IMG/VR virus record: IMGVR_UViG_2711768004_000013
Source of the DNA: a virus
Lineage: Duplodnaviria; Heunggongvirae; Uroviricota; Caudoviricetes
Length of the DNA: 45,436 nucleotides
Direction: 5' to 3' (one strand)
Positions within the stretch are counted from its first letter, which is position 1. Each line of letters begins with the position of its first letter. The notes beneath the pieces were generated by a model, which was not told where the DNA came from, searched no databases, and saw nothing but the letters and a program-made list of their open reading frames with translations. Positions 8,407-17,698 of the stretch are shown piece by piece. A program made the translations under genes and the position numbers.

Positions 8407-9059
8407 TGAGTAATAAATATTGCCAGGCGCTGGTGGAGCTGCGGAACAAACCAGCCCATGAACTGAAGGAAGTGGGCGATCAGTGGCGCACGCCGGATAA
8501 CATTTTCTGGGGAATTAACACCCTGTTTGGCCCGTTTGTTCTGGATCTGTTCACTGATGGTGATAACGCCAAATGTGCCGCTTATTACACTGCGGAAGAC
8601 AACGCGCTGGCGCATGACTGGTCTGAACGTCTTGCGGAGCTTAAAGGTGCTGCCTTTGGTAATCCCCCGTACAGCCGCGCCAGTCAGCATGAAGGGCAAT
8701 ACATCACCGGCATGCGTTACATCATGAAACATGCCAGTGCCATGCGTGATAAGGGCGGACGCTATGTTTTCCTGATCAAAGCTGCCACCAGCGAAGTGTG
8801 GTGGCCGGAAGATGCAGATCATATTGCTTTTATTCGCGGGCGTATTGGTTTTGAACTGCCTGCCTGGTTTATCCCGAAGGACGAGAAGCAGGTGCCGACA
8901 GGCGCTTTCTTCGCTGGTGCTATTGCTGTTTTCGACAAGACCTGGAAGGGACCGGCAATCAGCTACATCGGGCGCGATGAACTTGAGGCATGTGGTGAGG
9001 CGTTTCTGGCGCAGGTTCGCCAGCAGGCGGAAAAACTGGTCAGGGAGATGGCGGCATGA
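8406..9059 (+). CDS. phage DNA N6-adenine methyltransferase (Dam-like, orphan)
   Basis: 217 aa with an NPPY catalytic motif (AAFGNPPYSR); TAATG start/stop overlap with the upstream gene; no adjacent restriction endonuclease candidate. Confidence 0.75.
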   Translation: MSNKYCQALVELRNKPAHELKEVGDQWRTPDNIFWGINTLFGPFVLDLFTDGDNAKCAAYYTAEDNALAHDWSERLAELKGAAFGNPPYSRASQHEGQYITGMRYIMKHASAMRDKGGRYVFLIKAATSEVWWPEDADHIAFIRGRIGFELPAWFIPKDEKQVPTGAFFAGAIAVFDKTWKGPAISYIGRDELEACGEAFLAQVRQQAEKLVREMAA

Positions 9060-9382
9060 CGACGTTAACTCAATGCCAGCAGCAGGTGCTGGATATGCTG
9101 ATTTCTTACCAGAAAGAACGTGGCTTCCCGCCAACCAATCAGGAGGTGGCAACCATGCTGGGATACCGTTCAGTGAATGCAGCGGTGGAACATCTTCGCG
9201 CACTGGAGAAAAAAGGCGTCATCACGATAAAGCGTGGCATGGCCCGGGGTATCACTCTTCATACCGCGGTGAAGGACGACGACAGCGAGGCGGTCGGGAT
9301 TATCCGCTCACTGCTTGCCGGTGAGGAAAACGCCAGGCTGCGTGCAACCCACTGGTTACATGAGAGAGGCCTGAAAGTATGA
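9056..9382 (+). CDS. LexA-like DNA-binding-domain-only protein
   Basis: 108 aa; QQQVLDMLISYQKERGFPPTNQEVATMLGYRSVNAAVEHLRALEKKGVI closely parallels the LexA N-terminal winged HTH; no S24 peptidase domain follows. Confidence 0.65.
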   Translation: MTTLTQCQQQVLDMLISYQKERGFPPTNQEVATMLGYRSVNAAVEHLRALEKKGVITIKRGMARGITLHTAVKDDDSEAVGIIRSLLAGEENARLRATHWLHERGLKV

Positions 9383-9768
9383 AGCTGATCCTGCCTTTCC
9401 CGCCCAGCGTGAACACGTACTGGCGACACCCCAACAAAGGGGCATTTGCTGGTAAGAGCCTGATAAGCGCGGCGGGGCGAAAATTTCAGAGCGCGGCGTG
9501 CGCAGCAATAGTTGAGCAGTTACGTCGTCTGCCAAAACCAACGTCGGCACCTGCTTCAGTGGAGATCGTGTTGTTTCCTCCGGATAACCGGATCCGCGAT
9601 CTGGACAACTATAACAAGGCGCTGTTTGACGCCCTGACCCACGCGGGGGTGTGGGAAGACGACAGCCAGGTGAAAAGAATGCTGGTGGAGTGGGGACCGG
9701 TTATCCAGAAAGGGAAGGTCGAGATCACTATCAGTAAGTATGAGAAACCGGCGGGTGCAGCCGCCTGA
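9379..9768 (+). CDS. rusA: RusA-type Holliday junction resolvase
   Basis: 129 aa; LPFPPSVNTYWRH and DLDNYNKALFDALT motifs characteristic of RusA. Confidence 0.85.
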   Translation: MKLILPFPPSVNTYWRHPNKGAFAGKSLISAAGRKFQSAACAAIVEQLRRLPKPTSAPASVEIVLFPPDNRIRDLDNYNKALFDALTHAGVWEDDSQVKRMLVEWGPVIQKGKVEITISKYEKPAGAAA

Positions 9769-9787
9769 TCAAGAGGAGAAACGAAGT

Positions 9788-10597
9788 ATGAATAATCTGA
9801 TGGTCATTGATGGTATTGAAGTTCGTCGTGATGCTTATGGGCGTTACAGCCTGAACGATCTGCACAGGGCAGCCGGGGGAGAACAAAAAAACCGCCCGAA
9901 ATACTGGCTCTCCAATAAGCAAACCTGTGAATTGATTGAACAACTTTTCACCGAGGGTGGAATTCCGCCTCTGGAACAAAATCAACCAGTTAGCGTCATT
10001 AATGGCGGAAATAACCAGGGGACGTATGTCTGCAAAGAACTGGTGTATGCCTATGCAATGTGGATCAGCCCGTCATTCCATCTGAAGGTGATCCGTACTT
10101 TCGACATGGTAACCAGCGCACCGGAAAAATTATCCGGACAGGCTGCTGACAAGATGCAGGCTGGCGTGATCCTGCTGGACTTTATGCGCCGGGAATTAAA
10201 TCTGTCTAACTCATCAGTGCTTGGAGCCTGTCAGAAGCTTCAGGAGGCTGTTGGCTTACCGAATCTGGCACCGCGCTATGCCATTGATGCTCCTGCTGAC
10301 GCGCCTGATGGCTCAAGTCGCCCCACGCTGTCGCTGAGTGCACTGCTGAAGCAGTATGGTATCCGCCTGACGGCTAATCAGGCATATCACCAGATGGTGA
10401 AGCTGGGGATCGTTGAACAACGCGAACGATACAGCCGTACCGCGATTAACAACATCAAAAAATTCTGGTCGCTGACGGCGAAAGGCTGCATGTTCGGCAA
10501 GAACATCACCAGTCCTGCAAATCCGCGCGAGACGCAGCCGCATTTCTTCGAATCCCGATTCCCTGAGCTGTTAAAGCTGCTCGATACCGTTCATTGA
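9788..10597 (+). CDS. KilA-N domain protein (putative antirepressor)
   Basis: N-terminal MNNLMVIDGIEVRRDAYGRYSLNDLHRAAG fits the KilA-N domain; GAGGAG upstream. Confidence 0.6.
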   Translation: MNNLMVIDGIEVRRDAYGRYSLNDLHRAAGGEQKNRPKYWLSNKQTCELIEQLFTEGGIPPLEQNQPVSVINGGNNQGTYVCKELVYAYAMWISPSFHLKVIRTFDMVTSAPEKLSGQAADKMQAGVILLDFMRRELNLSNSSVLGACQKLQEAVGLPNLAPRYAIDAPADAPDGSSRPTLSLSALLKQYGIRLTANQAYHQMVKLGIVEQRERYSRTAINNIKKFWSLTAKGCMFGKNITSPANPRETQPHFFESRFPELLKLLDTVH

Positions 10598-10598
10598 G

Positions 10599-11594
10599 GT
10601 GACCGTGAGAGCACTACTGACCCCTGAAATTGCCCCGCGTATGGGGATCGTATTGTTCAGGCCAGGTTCAGAGCTGATGCCCCTGTTTATGCAGGGGCGT
10701 GTTCTGCTGGAGCCTGAGCCGGAACGTTATTCATCTTTCGCCAGTGGTGCCGTTCCGGCGGCATCACAACCGCTGGCGGATGATCCTGCCGTTCGGGCCG
10801 TGTTCCGCAATGAGGCAGTGATCCGTCGTGCTGGTGGCGTGGAATGTCTTGAAAGCTGGTTACTTCGTGAAAAAGGCTGCCAGTGGCCTCATTCCGACTG
10901 GCACAGCGAGAACATGACCACAATGCGACACGCTCCGGGCGCAATCCGTCTGTGCTGGCACTGCGATAACCAGCTGCGCGATCAGTTCACGGAACGGCTG
11001 GAATCAATGGCAACGGATAACTGTGCCCGCTGGGTGTTGTCTGTTGTGCGTCGGGATCTCGGTTTTGATGATAGTCACGTTGTGACAATGCCGGAACTGT
11101 GCTGGTGGCTGATTCGTAATGACCTGGCGGATGCCTTACCGGAAAGTGCAGCCCGTAAGGCACTGAGATTACCAAAGCCTGTTGTGCCGTCTGTCACCCG
11201 GGAAAGTGACCTTGTGCCTTCGGTTCCTGCCACCAGCATCATCCAGGATAAGGCAAAAAAGGTGCTGGCGCTGAAAGTGGATCCGGAGTCGCCGGAGTCT
11301 TTTATGTTACGCCCAAAACGCCGCCGCTGGGTTAATGAAAAGTACACGCGCTGGGTTAAGACACAGCCGTGTGCATGTTGTGGAAAGCCTGCTGATGATC
11401 CCCACCACCTGATAGGCCACGGTCAGGGTGGAATGGGTACAAAAGCGCATGACCTCTTTGTGTTGCCTTTGTGCAGAAAGCATCACGACGAGCTGCATGC
11501 GGATACCGTGGCATTTGAAGAGAAGTATGGCTCCCAGCTGGAGCTGATATTTCGTTTTATCGATCGTGCGCTGGCAATTGGCGTATTGGCGTAA
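10599..11594 (+). CDS. DUF968-like protein with HNH-like Cys/His C-terminus (GTG start; alternatives at 10605 or 10638)
   Basis: C-terminal CACCGKPADDPHHLIGHGQGG...CRKHHDELH Cys/His cluster typical of DUF968/HNH-like prophage proteins. Confidence 0.55.
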   Translation: MTVRALLTPEIAPRMGIVLFRPGSELMPLFMQGRVLLEPEPERYSSFASGAVPAASQPLADDPAVRAVFRNEAVIRRAGGVECLESWLLREKGCQWPHSDWHSENMTTMRHAPGAIRLCWHCDNQLRDQFTERLESMATDNCARWVLSVVRRDLGFDDSHVVTMPELCWWLIRNDLADALPESAARKALRLPKPVVPSVTRESDLVPSVPATSIIQDKAKKVLALKVDPESPESFMLRPKRRRWVNEKYTRWVKTQPCACCGKPADDPHHLIGHGQGGMGTKAHDLFVLPLCRKHHDELHADTVAFEEKYGSQLELIFRFIDRALAIGVLA

Positions 11595-11607
11595 GTGGAG
11601 AACGAGC

Positions 11608-12360
11608 ATGAACCTTGAAGCCTTACCAAAATATTACTCCCCAAAATCTCCAAAATTGAGCGATGACGCACCGGCGACAGGCTCAGGTGGTTTAACGATT
11701 ACGGATGTGATGGCTGCGCAGGGGATGGTGCAGTCGAAAGCACCGCTTGGGTTTGCCTTATTCCTGGCAAAAGTTGGTGTTCAGGATCCTCAATTTGCGA
11801 TTGAAGGTCTGCTCAATTACGCGATGGCACTGGATAACCCGACATTGAACAAATTGAGTGAAGAAACCCGGTTACAGATCATCCCTTACCTTGTGAATTT
11901 TGCCTTTGCTGATTATTCCAGGTCTGCGGCAAGTAAGGCTCGCTGTGAGCATTGTGCTGGTACTGGATTTCATAATGTATTGCGCGAAGTGGTGAAACAC
12001 TCCAGAAGCGGGGAATCTGTTATCAAGGAAGAGTGGGTGAAGGAACTATGTCAGCATTGCCATGGTAAGGGAGAAGTCAGCACAGCGTGCAGAGGGTGTA
12101 AGGGTAAAGGTATTGTCCTGGATGAAAAAAGAACCCGGCTTCATGGTGTGCCTGTTTATAAGATTTGTGGGCGTTGCAATGGCAACCGGTTTAGCCGTTT
12201 ACCAACCACACTGGCGCGGCATCATGTCCAGAAACTGGTACCGGACCTGACGGATTATCAGTGGTACAAAGGATATGCAGACGTTATTAATAAACTGGTT
12301 ACAAAGTGCTGGCAGGAAGAAGCGTATGCTGAATCGCAATTGAGAAAAGTGACAAGATAG
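11608..12360 (+). CDS. late-gene antiterminator Q-like protein
   Basis: 250 aa with a CxxC...CxxC zinc-finger-like cluster; positioned directly upstream of a strong promoter plus terminator (PR-prime / tR-prime arrangement). Confidence 0.7.
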   Translation: MNLEALPKYYSPKSPKLSDDAPATGSGGLTITDVMAAQGMVQSKAPLGFALFLAKVGVQDPQFAIEGLLNYAMALDNPTLNKLSEETRLQIIPYLVNFAFADYSRSAASKARCEHCAGTGFHNVLREVVKHSRSGESVIKEEWVKELCQHCHGKGEVSTACRGCKGKGIVLDEKRTRLHGVPVYKICGRCNGNRFSRLPTTLARHHVQKLVPDLTDYQWYKGYADVINKLVTKCWQEEAYAESQLRKVTR

Positions 12361-12391
12361 ATAATTTTCGCCGAAGATGTCGACGTGATAC

Positions 12392-12420
12392 TTGCATTTT
12401 TCAAAAAATATGGATAAGAT
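12392..12420 (+). promoter_or_regulatory. putative late promoter PR-prime
   Basis: TTGCAT, 17 nt, TAAGAT immediately downstream of the Q-like gene and upstream of an intrinsic terminator. Confidence 0.4.
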
Positions 12421-12464
12421 TTTCTCAACGATGGGCCTTGTATGTCTACCGTTGGTAAATGTCA

Positions 12465-12490
12465 AAAACCCGCCGCTGAGCGGGTTTTTT
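12465..12490 (+). terminator. tR-prime-like intrinsic terminator
   Basis: AAAACCCGCCGCTGAGCGGGTTTTTT. Confidence 0.6.
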
Positions 12491-12639
12491 GTGCCTGATG
12501 TCTCATGAAACTATGAAATGGATTGGTGCGTTAAACATTTTTTCTTATTATCTTTTAGATTTTGGAGAGATGGTTAACGTCTGTATTCCAGAAACTCGAT
12601 GGTTATTTAATAAATTAGTTTCAATGATGCTTCTAGGTT

Positions 12640-13065
12640 ATGACTGTAATGAAAAAGGTATTAATAGCAGCGATAGGTTTTTGTTTAGTTGGTTGTGCAG
12701 GTATGAAATTACCTGAGTATTCGCAAGTTAAAGCAAGTCCGTATTATACAGATTGCCGTGCGTTTGCCATGGATGTTTATAAAAATGATGGATACAGCAA
12801 AATTGCGAAAACTACTATCCTTAGCATGGATGATGTGAAAGCTAGATATATTGTGACAGGGTGTGTAGTTGCTATGGGGAAAAACACTGTAGAGGAAATC
12901 AAAGCTGATCTCTCTGCTAAAGGGAGTTCTTTTGGGCTTATCAGTGGAGCTTGTTCTAGTGCGGCATGTCGGGTTGATGTAGAGCAGCAAATGAACGCTT
13001 ATGTACTTGGTAGTTATTATGCTGCAAATAAAAAATTCCCGGATAAAATGAAAGCAGAGTTTTAA
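12640..13065 (+). CDS. lipoprotein (moron), function unknown
   Basis: Signal peptide with LVGC lipobox; AT-rich island bracketed by two near-identical terminators. Confidence 0.55.
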   Translation: MTVMKKVLIAAIGFCLVGCAGMKLPEYSQVKASPYYTDCRAFAMDVYKNDGYSKIAKTTILSMDDVKARYIVTGCVVAMGKNTVEEIKADLSAKGSSFGLISGACSSAACRVDVEQQMNAYVLGSYYAANKKFPDKMKAEF

Positions 13066-13140
13066 GCAAACCTTGTTTTCGATTATATGTCGAAGATAAA
13101 TGTTAGTAACGGCATAATAAGTAAATATATAGCTGTGATA

Positions 13141-13166
13141 GCAACCCGCCACTGAGCGGGTTTTTT
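13141..13166 (+). terminator. intrinsic terminator, near-duplicate of tR-prime
   Basis: AACCCGCCACTGAGCGGGTTTTTT; differs from the 12465-12490 copy at one loop position. Confidence 0.6.
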
Positions 13167-13264
13167 GTACCCGTAAACTTGGTGCAGTACAGTAAACACG
13201 CTGGTGGTCGTGAATACTGACTTTTTATCTTGCTGGCTTTTTAGACAAGAGTTATTGGTATGTC

Positions 13265-13492
13265 ATGTTAACCAGAAGGGAAAAAGACATGCTAAAACAG
13301 CAAGATATGACAGAAACCGCCGCCGCAGTCCTTCATTTCTTACCTGCTGACAAGTGGGTAACGCCACGCATGATGACGAGAACTACCGGAGTAAGCGAAG
13401 CCCGGTGCCAGTTAATACTGACTCAGTTAGTTCTGGCGGGTCTGGCGAAGGATAACGGCGGGTACGGGAATAAATTCAGACGCTGCCAGTAA
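13265..13492 (+). CDS. small hypothetical protein (start ambiguous: 13265, 13289 or 13307)
   Basis: 75-aa ORF with no recognisable motif. Confidence 0.35.
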   Translation: MLTRREKDMLKQQDMTETAAAVLHFLPADKWVTPRMMTRTTGVSEARCQLILTQLVLAGLAKDNGGYGNKFRRCQ

Positions 13493-13642
13493 TGGCGGTT
13501 TCCTGCTGTGAAAATGGGCGGCTGGTGGGTGTTGGTAGCACCTGCCAGCCATTCGCTCATGCTTACTGGTCACAAGCGAACCACGGCCCACTGCTTTAGC
13601 GCAAAAGCAGAGTGAGCCTACCAGAGTTACGCTTACTGATCC

Positions 13643-14695
13643 ATGAAAAATACTGTAAAAATAAACAGTGTTGATTTAATCAACGCTGATTGCCTGCATT
13701 TTATTCAGTCCCTGCCTGATGATTCCATTGACCTGATTGTTACCGATCCGCCTTACTTCAAGGTGAAACCCAACGGTTGGGACAATCAGTGGAAAGGGGA
13801 CGAAGATTACCTTAAGTGGCTGGACCACTGTCTGGCCCAGTTCTGGCGGGTGTTGAAACCTGCCGGAAGCCTTTACCTGTTCTGTGGGCATCGCCTGGCA
13901 TCTGATATTGAGATCATGATGCGTGAACGTTTCAACGTGCTTAACCATATCATCTGGGCGAAGCCGTCCGGACGTTGGAATGGGTGTAATAAAGAAAGTC
14001 TGCGCGCATATTTTCCTGCCACAGAGCGCGTTCTGTTTGCTGAACATTACCAGGGGCCATATCGCGGCAAAAGTGACGGCTATGCGGCAAAAGAAAGGGA
14101 ACTCAAACAGCACATAATGGCACCGCTGATATCGTATTTCAGGGATGCTCGTGCCGAACTGGGTATAACGGCAAAACAAATTGCCGAAGCCACAGGTAAG
14201 AAAAATATGGTTTCCCACTGGTTTGGTGCCAGTCAGTGGCAGTTGCCGAATGAGGCTGACTATCGGAAGTTACAGGCACTGTTTTCCCGTATAGCGGCAG
14301 AGAAGTTTCAGGAACAACAACTGGAACAACCACACCACCAGCTGGTGGCATCTTATGATTCACTGAATCGTAAATATTCTGAATTGCTGGATGAGTTTAA
14401 ATCTCTCCGGCGCTATTTCTCCGTATCAGTCTCCGTGCCTTATACCGATGTCTGGATGCATAAACCCGTTCAGTTCTACCCGGGGAAACATCCGTGTGAG
14501 AAACCGGCGGATATGCTCAGGCAAATAATCAATGCCAGTAGTCGACCAGGTGATCTGGTTGCTGATTTTTTTATGGGATCCGGTTCCACAATAAAAGCAG
14601 CAATGGCGCTGGGGCGTCGGGCCTTAGGTGTTGAGCTTGAGTCAGAGCGGTTTAATCAGACAGTGAAAGAGATAAACGAGCTGGTGGGGAAATAA
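13643..14695 (+). CDS. DNA methyltransferase (N6/N4 type, DPPY motif; orphan)
   Basis: 350 aa; N-terminal IVTDPPYF catalytic motif and C-terminal [11 protein letters not shown]-binding motif; no nearby endonuclease candidate. Confidence 0.8.
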
Positions 14696-14701
14696 TCTGG
14701 T

Positions 14702-14723
14702 GGCCACGTCAGGTGGCCTTTTT
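14702..14723 (+). terminator. intrinsic terminator after the methyltransferase
   Basis: GGCCAC-GTCAG-GTGGCC followed by TTTTT. Confidence 0.55.
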
Positions 14724-14762
14724 ATTTCCATTACACAGCACCCGCATCTGCGAGGTGGGGTT

Positions 14763-14914
14763 ATGAAATCCATGGATAAGTTAACAACGGGTGTCGCCTA
14801 TGGCACCTCAGCAGGTAGTGCCGGGTACTGGTTTTTACAGTTGCTCGATAAAGTCACGCCCTCACAGTGGGCGGCAATAGGTGTGCTGGGTAGTCTGGTA
14901 TTTGGCTTGCTGAC
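14763..14914 (+). CDS. phage-21-type pinholin (S21-like), 3-prime end lost in the assembly gap
   Basis: [50 protein letters not shown] closely matches the phage 21 pinholin N-terminus as I recall it, including the dual-start MKSM motif. Confidence 0.65.
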
Positions 14915-15323
14915 NNNNNNNNNNNNNNNNNNNNNNNNNNNNNNNNNNNNNNNNNNNNNNNNNNNNNNNNNNNNNNNNNNNNNNNNNNNNNNNNNNNNNN
15001 NNNNNNNNNNNNNNNNNNNNNNNNNNNNNNNNNNNNNNNNNNNNNNNNNNNNNNNNNNNNNNNNNNNNNNNNNNNNNNNNNNNNNNNNNNNNNNNNNNNN
15101 NNNNNNNNNNNNNNNNNNNNNNNNNNNNNNNNNNNNNNNNNNNNNNNNNNNNNNNNNNNNNNNNNNNNNNNNNNNNNNNNNNNNNNNNNNNNNNNNNNNN
15201 NNNNNNNNNNNNNNNNNNNNNNNNNNNNNNNNNNNNNNNNNNNNNNNNNNNNNNNNNNNNNNNNNNNNNNNNNNNNNNNNNNNNNNNNNNNNNNNNNNNN
15301 NNNNNNNNNNNNNNNNNNNNNNN
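14915..15323. other. assembly gap (N-run)
   Basis: 409 consecutive N. Confidence 0.95.
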
Positions 15324-15390
15324 TTAAGTCACTGACCGGAACAGATAAACCTGTCCGTGGGCAGAAACCGATAAATCCTGATAAATATCC

Positions 15391-15924
15391 ATGAACGCAA
15401 AAATCAGATACGGCCTGTCGGCTGCCGTTCTGGCACTGATTGCCGTCGGTGCGCCCGCGCCTGATATTCTCGACCAGTTTCTGGATGAAAAAGAAGGTAA
15501 CCACACAACGGCATACCGCGATGGGTCCGGCATCTGGACCATCTGTCGGGGTGCCACGATGGTGGATGGAAAACCCGTTTTTCCCGGTATGAAACTGTCG
15601 AAGGAAAAATGCGACCAGGTCAACGCCATTGAGCGTGATAAGGCGCTGGCATGGGTGGAGCGCAATATTAAAGTACCACTGACCGAGCCACAAAAAGCGG
15701 GTATCGCGTCATTTTGTCCCTATAACATTGGCCCCGGTAAGTGTTTTCCGTCGACGTTTTATAAGCGGCTGAATGCTGGTGATCGTAAAGGTGCATGCGA
15801 GGCGATTCGCTGGTGGATAAAAGATGGTGGGCGCGATTGCCGCATACGTTCAAATAACTGCTATGGACAGGTTATTCGTCGTGACCAGGAAAGCGCATTA
15901 GCCTGTTGGGGGATAGATCAGTGA
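15391..15924 (+). CDS. SAR-endolysin (T4-lysozyme-like muramidase with N-terminal signal-anchor-release segment)
   Basis: Hydrophobic, Gly/Ala-rich N-terminus ([15 protein letters not shown]) followed by the E...D...T catalytic triad region [20 protein letters not shown]. Confidence 0.85.
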   Translation: MNAKIRYGLSAAVLALIAVGAPAPDILDQFLDEKEGNHTTAYRDGSGIWTICRGATMVDGKPVFPGMKLSKEKCDQVNAIERDKALAWVERNIKVPLTEPQKAGIASFCPYNIGPGKCFPSTFYKRLNAGDRKGACEAIRWWIKDGGRDCRIRSNNCYGQVIRRDQESALACWGIDQ

Positions 15925-16388
15925 GCAGAGTCGCCGCGATTATTTATGCTCTGGTTATCTGCATCATCGTCTGCCTGTCGTGGGCGGTCAATCATTACCG
16001 TGATAACGCCATCGCCTACAAAGAACAGCGTGATAAAAAAGTCAGTGAGCTGAAGCAGGCGACCGCCACCATTACTGACATGCAGCAACGCCAGCGTGCT
16101 GCTGATGTACTCGATGCTAAATACACGAAGGAGTTGGCTGATGCGAAAGCTGAAAATGATGCTCTTCGGCGCAAGCTTGATAATGGTGGTCGGGTGCTCG
16201 TCAAAGGAAAATGCTCTGTGCCATCCTCAGCCGAAACCTCCAGCGCCTCCGGCATGGGCAATGATGCCACCGTCGAACTCTCTCCAGTTGCTGGACGAAA
16301 CGTTCTCGGTATCCGGGACGGAATCATCAGAGACCAGACAGCACTGAGAACGCTTCAGGAATATATCAGGACGCAATGCCTTCGATGA
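15921..16388 (+). CDS. Rz-like i-spanin (GTG start at 15921; alternative ATG at 15906)
   Basis: N-terminal TM helix ([19 protein letters not shown]) then coiled-coil-like region; ...VNHYRDNAI.. and ..[17 protein letters not shown].. match lambda Rz. Confidence 0.7.
   Translation: MSRVAAIIYALVICIIVCLSWAVNHYRDNAIAYKEQRDKKVSELKQATATITDMQQRQRAADVLDAKYTKELADAKAENDALRRKLDNGGRVLVKGKCSVPSSAETSSASGMGNDATVELSPVAGRNVLGIRDGIIRDQTALRTLQEYIRTQCLR
16141..16347 (+). CDS. Rz1-like o-spanin lipoprotein embedded in the +1 frame of Rz
   Basis: [19 protein letters not shown] lipobox signal peptide followed by a proline-rich segment, fully nested inside Rz as in lambda. Confidence 0.65.
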   Translation: MRKLKMMLFGASLIMVVGCSSKENALCHPQPKPPAPPAWAMMPPSNSLQLLDETFSVSGTESSETRQH

Positions 16389-16563
16389 TAGCGATAATTT
16401 TACTCATCATCCTTCACATTTGGCTCTGTAGACAGGGTGGTGATCACTTCTGGAGTGAATCCAGATTAAACATCTCATTGCTGATGCTTGAAGTTGAGCA
16501 TCTGGCGCGCGGTAAGGGGCTGCGTTGAAATAAGAGCCAGTCATTAAAAATACCTGGATTTAG

Positions 16564-16587
16564 CCTCGCATTCGCGGGGCTTTTTAT
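16564..16587 (+). terminator. intrinsic terminator downstream of the lysis cassette
   Basis: CCTCGC-ATTC-GCGGGG stem-loop followed by CTTTTT. Confidence 0.45.
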
Positions 16588-17016
16588 TGCCATTACAAAA
16601 GCCACTCCCTACAGAGTGGCTTTGATAATGGCTTATACCCTACACGGGATAACTTAACTGATATCCCTTTTAACGGATAAAGGTATTCAAGCCTGACACA
16701 TCATGCGCTGTATCGTCGCCGTATTCCCGTATTAACAGAGACCGTAGCCCGACGGGGAACTCCTTCTGCGAGAGTGTGCGGGAATAATCAAAAACGATGC
16801 ACACCGGGTTTTTACCGCGTTTATGGTTCGCGGGTTTGTCCCTCATGCTCGCCAGTCCTGTGCGGGGGTGGAAGAAACAGGATACTCACACAGATTCTTG
16901 TGGGCACGATGCTATTCCTTTCTGGATTATCCCGATGCCATTCATGCAAGGCGCTGTATCAGACGTTCGTCATGTCTGTCAGGCTGACGGGTCCTCCCGG
17001 TGGAGTGGCCTGCCAC

Positions 17017-17110
17017 GGGGCGGGAGCGTCGCGGAAAAAGGCTAGTTTTTGAAATTTCATTCGTCATCACCACCACTGTAATAGATTGATATTACAGTGG
17101 TTTTGTTTTT
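17017..17110. other. putative cos site region (cosN-like GC-rich element plus downstream binding-site-like repeats)
   Basis: GGGGCGGGAGCGTCGCGG followed by TTTTGAAATTTCATTCGTCATCACC resembles the lambda cosN/cosB segment as I recall it; lies about 180 nt upstream of the terminase small-subunit gene; perfect 10-bp inverted repeat CCACTGTAAT/ATTACAGTGG at 17073-17100. Confidence 0.35.
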
Positions 17111-17203
17111 ATGGTGTCGATTTTGATTGTTTTTTGTTCATCACTAACACCGTTTGCCTAAAGTTGTTCGCGAGATGCATGTTTAAAACATTCTGGAGCG
17201 GGT

Positions 17204-17698
17204 ATGGATCGAGAGTTAAAAAATCTGACGCTGAATATCAGTCAACTGGCGGCACTGTCAGGTGTACATCGCCAGACTGCTGCGGCAAGGCTGCAAAATC
17301 TACCCGTTGCAGGGGGGCATGAAAGCAACCTCAAGCTTTATCGGGTGGTTGATATTGTGTCGGCATTTCTGGCATTGCCACCGCCGGTTGCAGAAGGCGA
17401 AATGGACGCGCATGAGCGCAAAGCCTGGTATCAGTCTGAACGTGAGCGTCTTAAGTTCGAACAGGAAACGGCACAACTCATTCCGGCCAGTGATGTCAGA
17501 CGGGAGTTTGCCATCTGGGCAAAAGCGGTCGTGCAGGTGCTGGAGACATTACCGGATATTCTGGAACGTGACTGCGGTCTGCAGCCTGCCGCTGTGAGCC
17601 GTGTTCAGTCCATTATTGATGATCTGCGCGATCAGATAGCCCTGCGGGTGACTGAAGCAGGTGCGGATGATGAGGAGGAATTACAGCAGGAGGAGTAA
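17204..17698 (+). CDS. terminase small subunit
   Basis: 164 aa; N-terminal HTH (LNISQLAALSGVHRQTAAARL), acidic C-terminus, TAATG overlap with the large-subunit start; GGAG upstream. Confidence 0.75.
   Translation: MDRELKNLTLNISQLAALSGVHRQTAAARLQNLPVAGGHESNLKLYRVVDIVSAFLALPPPVAEGEMDAHERKAWYQSERERLKFEQETAQLIPASDVRREFAIWAKAVVQVLETLPDILERDCGLQPAAVSRVQSIIDDLRDQIALRVTEAGADDEEELQQEE

Noticed and set aside
8403-9203. 266-aa minus-strand ORF overlapping the Dam-like methyltransferase and the LexA-like gene
   Set aside because: The plus-strand genes carry clear catalytic and DNA-binding motifs and are translationally coupled; the antisense translation has no motifs and an unlikely composition.
14854-15693. 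279-aa minus-strand ORF spanning the N-run and the endolysin region
   Set aside because: Mostly translated N; antisense to the SAR-endolysin gene.
16390-16560. Possible bor-like lipoprotein gene after Rz, as in lambda
   Set aside because: No minus-strand ORF of suitable size or lipobox in this interval; only small hairpins are present.
16774-17052. Two overlapping plus-strand ORFs (92 and 82 aa) between the lysis cassette and terminase
   Set aside because: Gly/Cys/Arg-rich, no RBS, and they overlap the putative cos region; more likely non-coding packaging and regulatory DNA.
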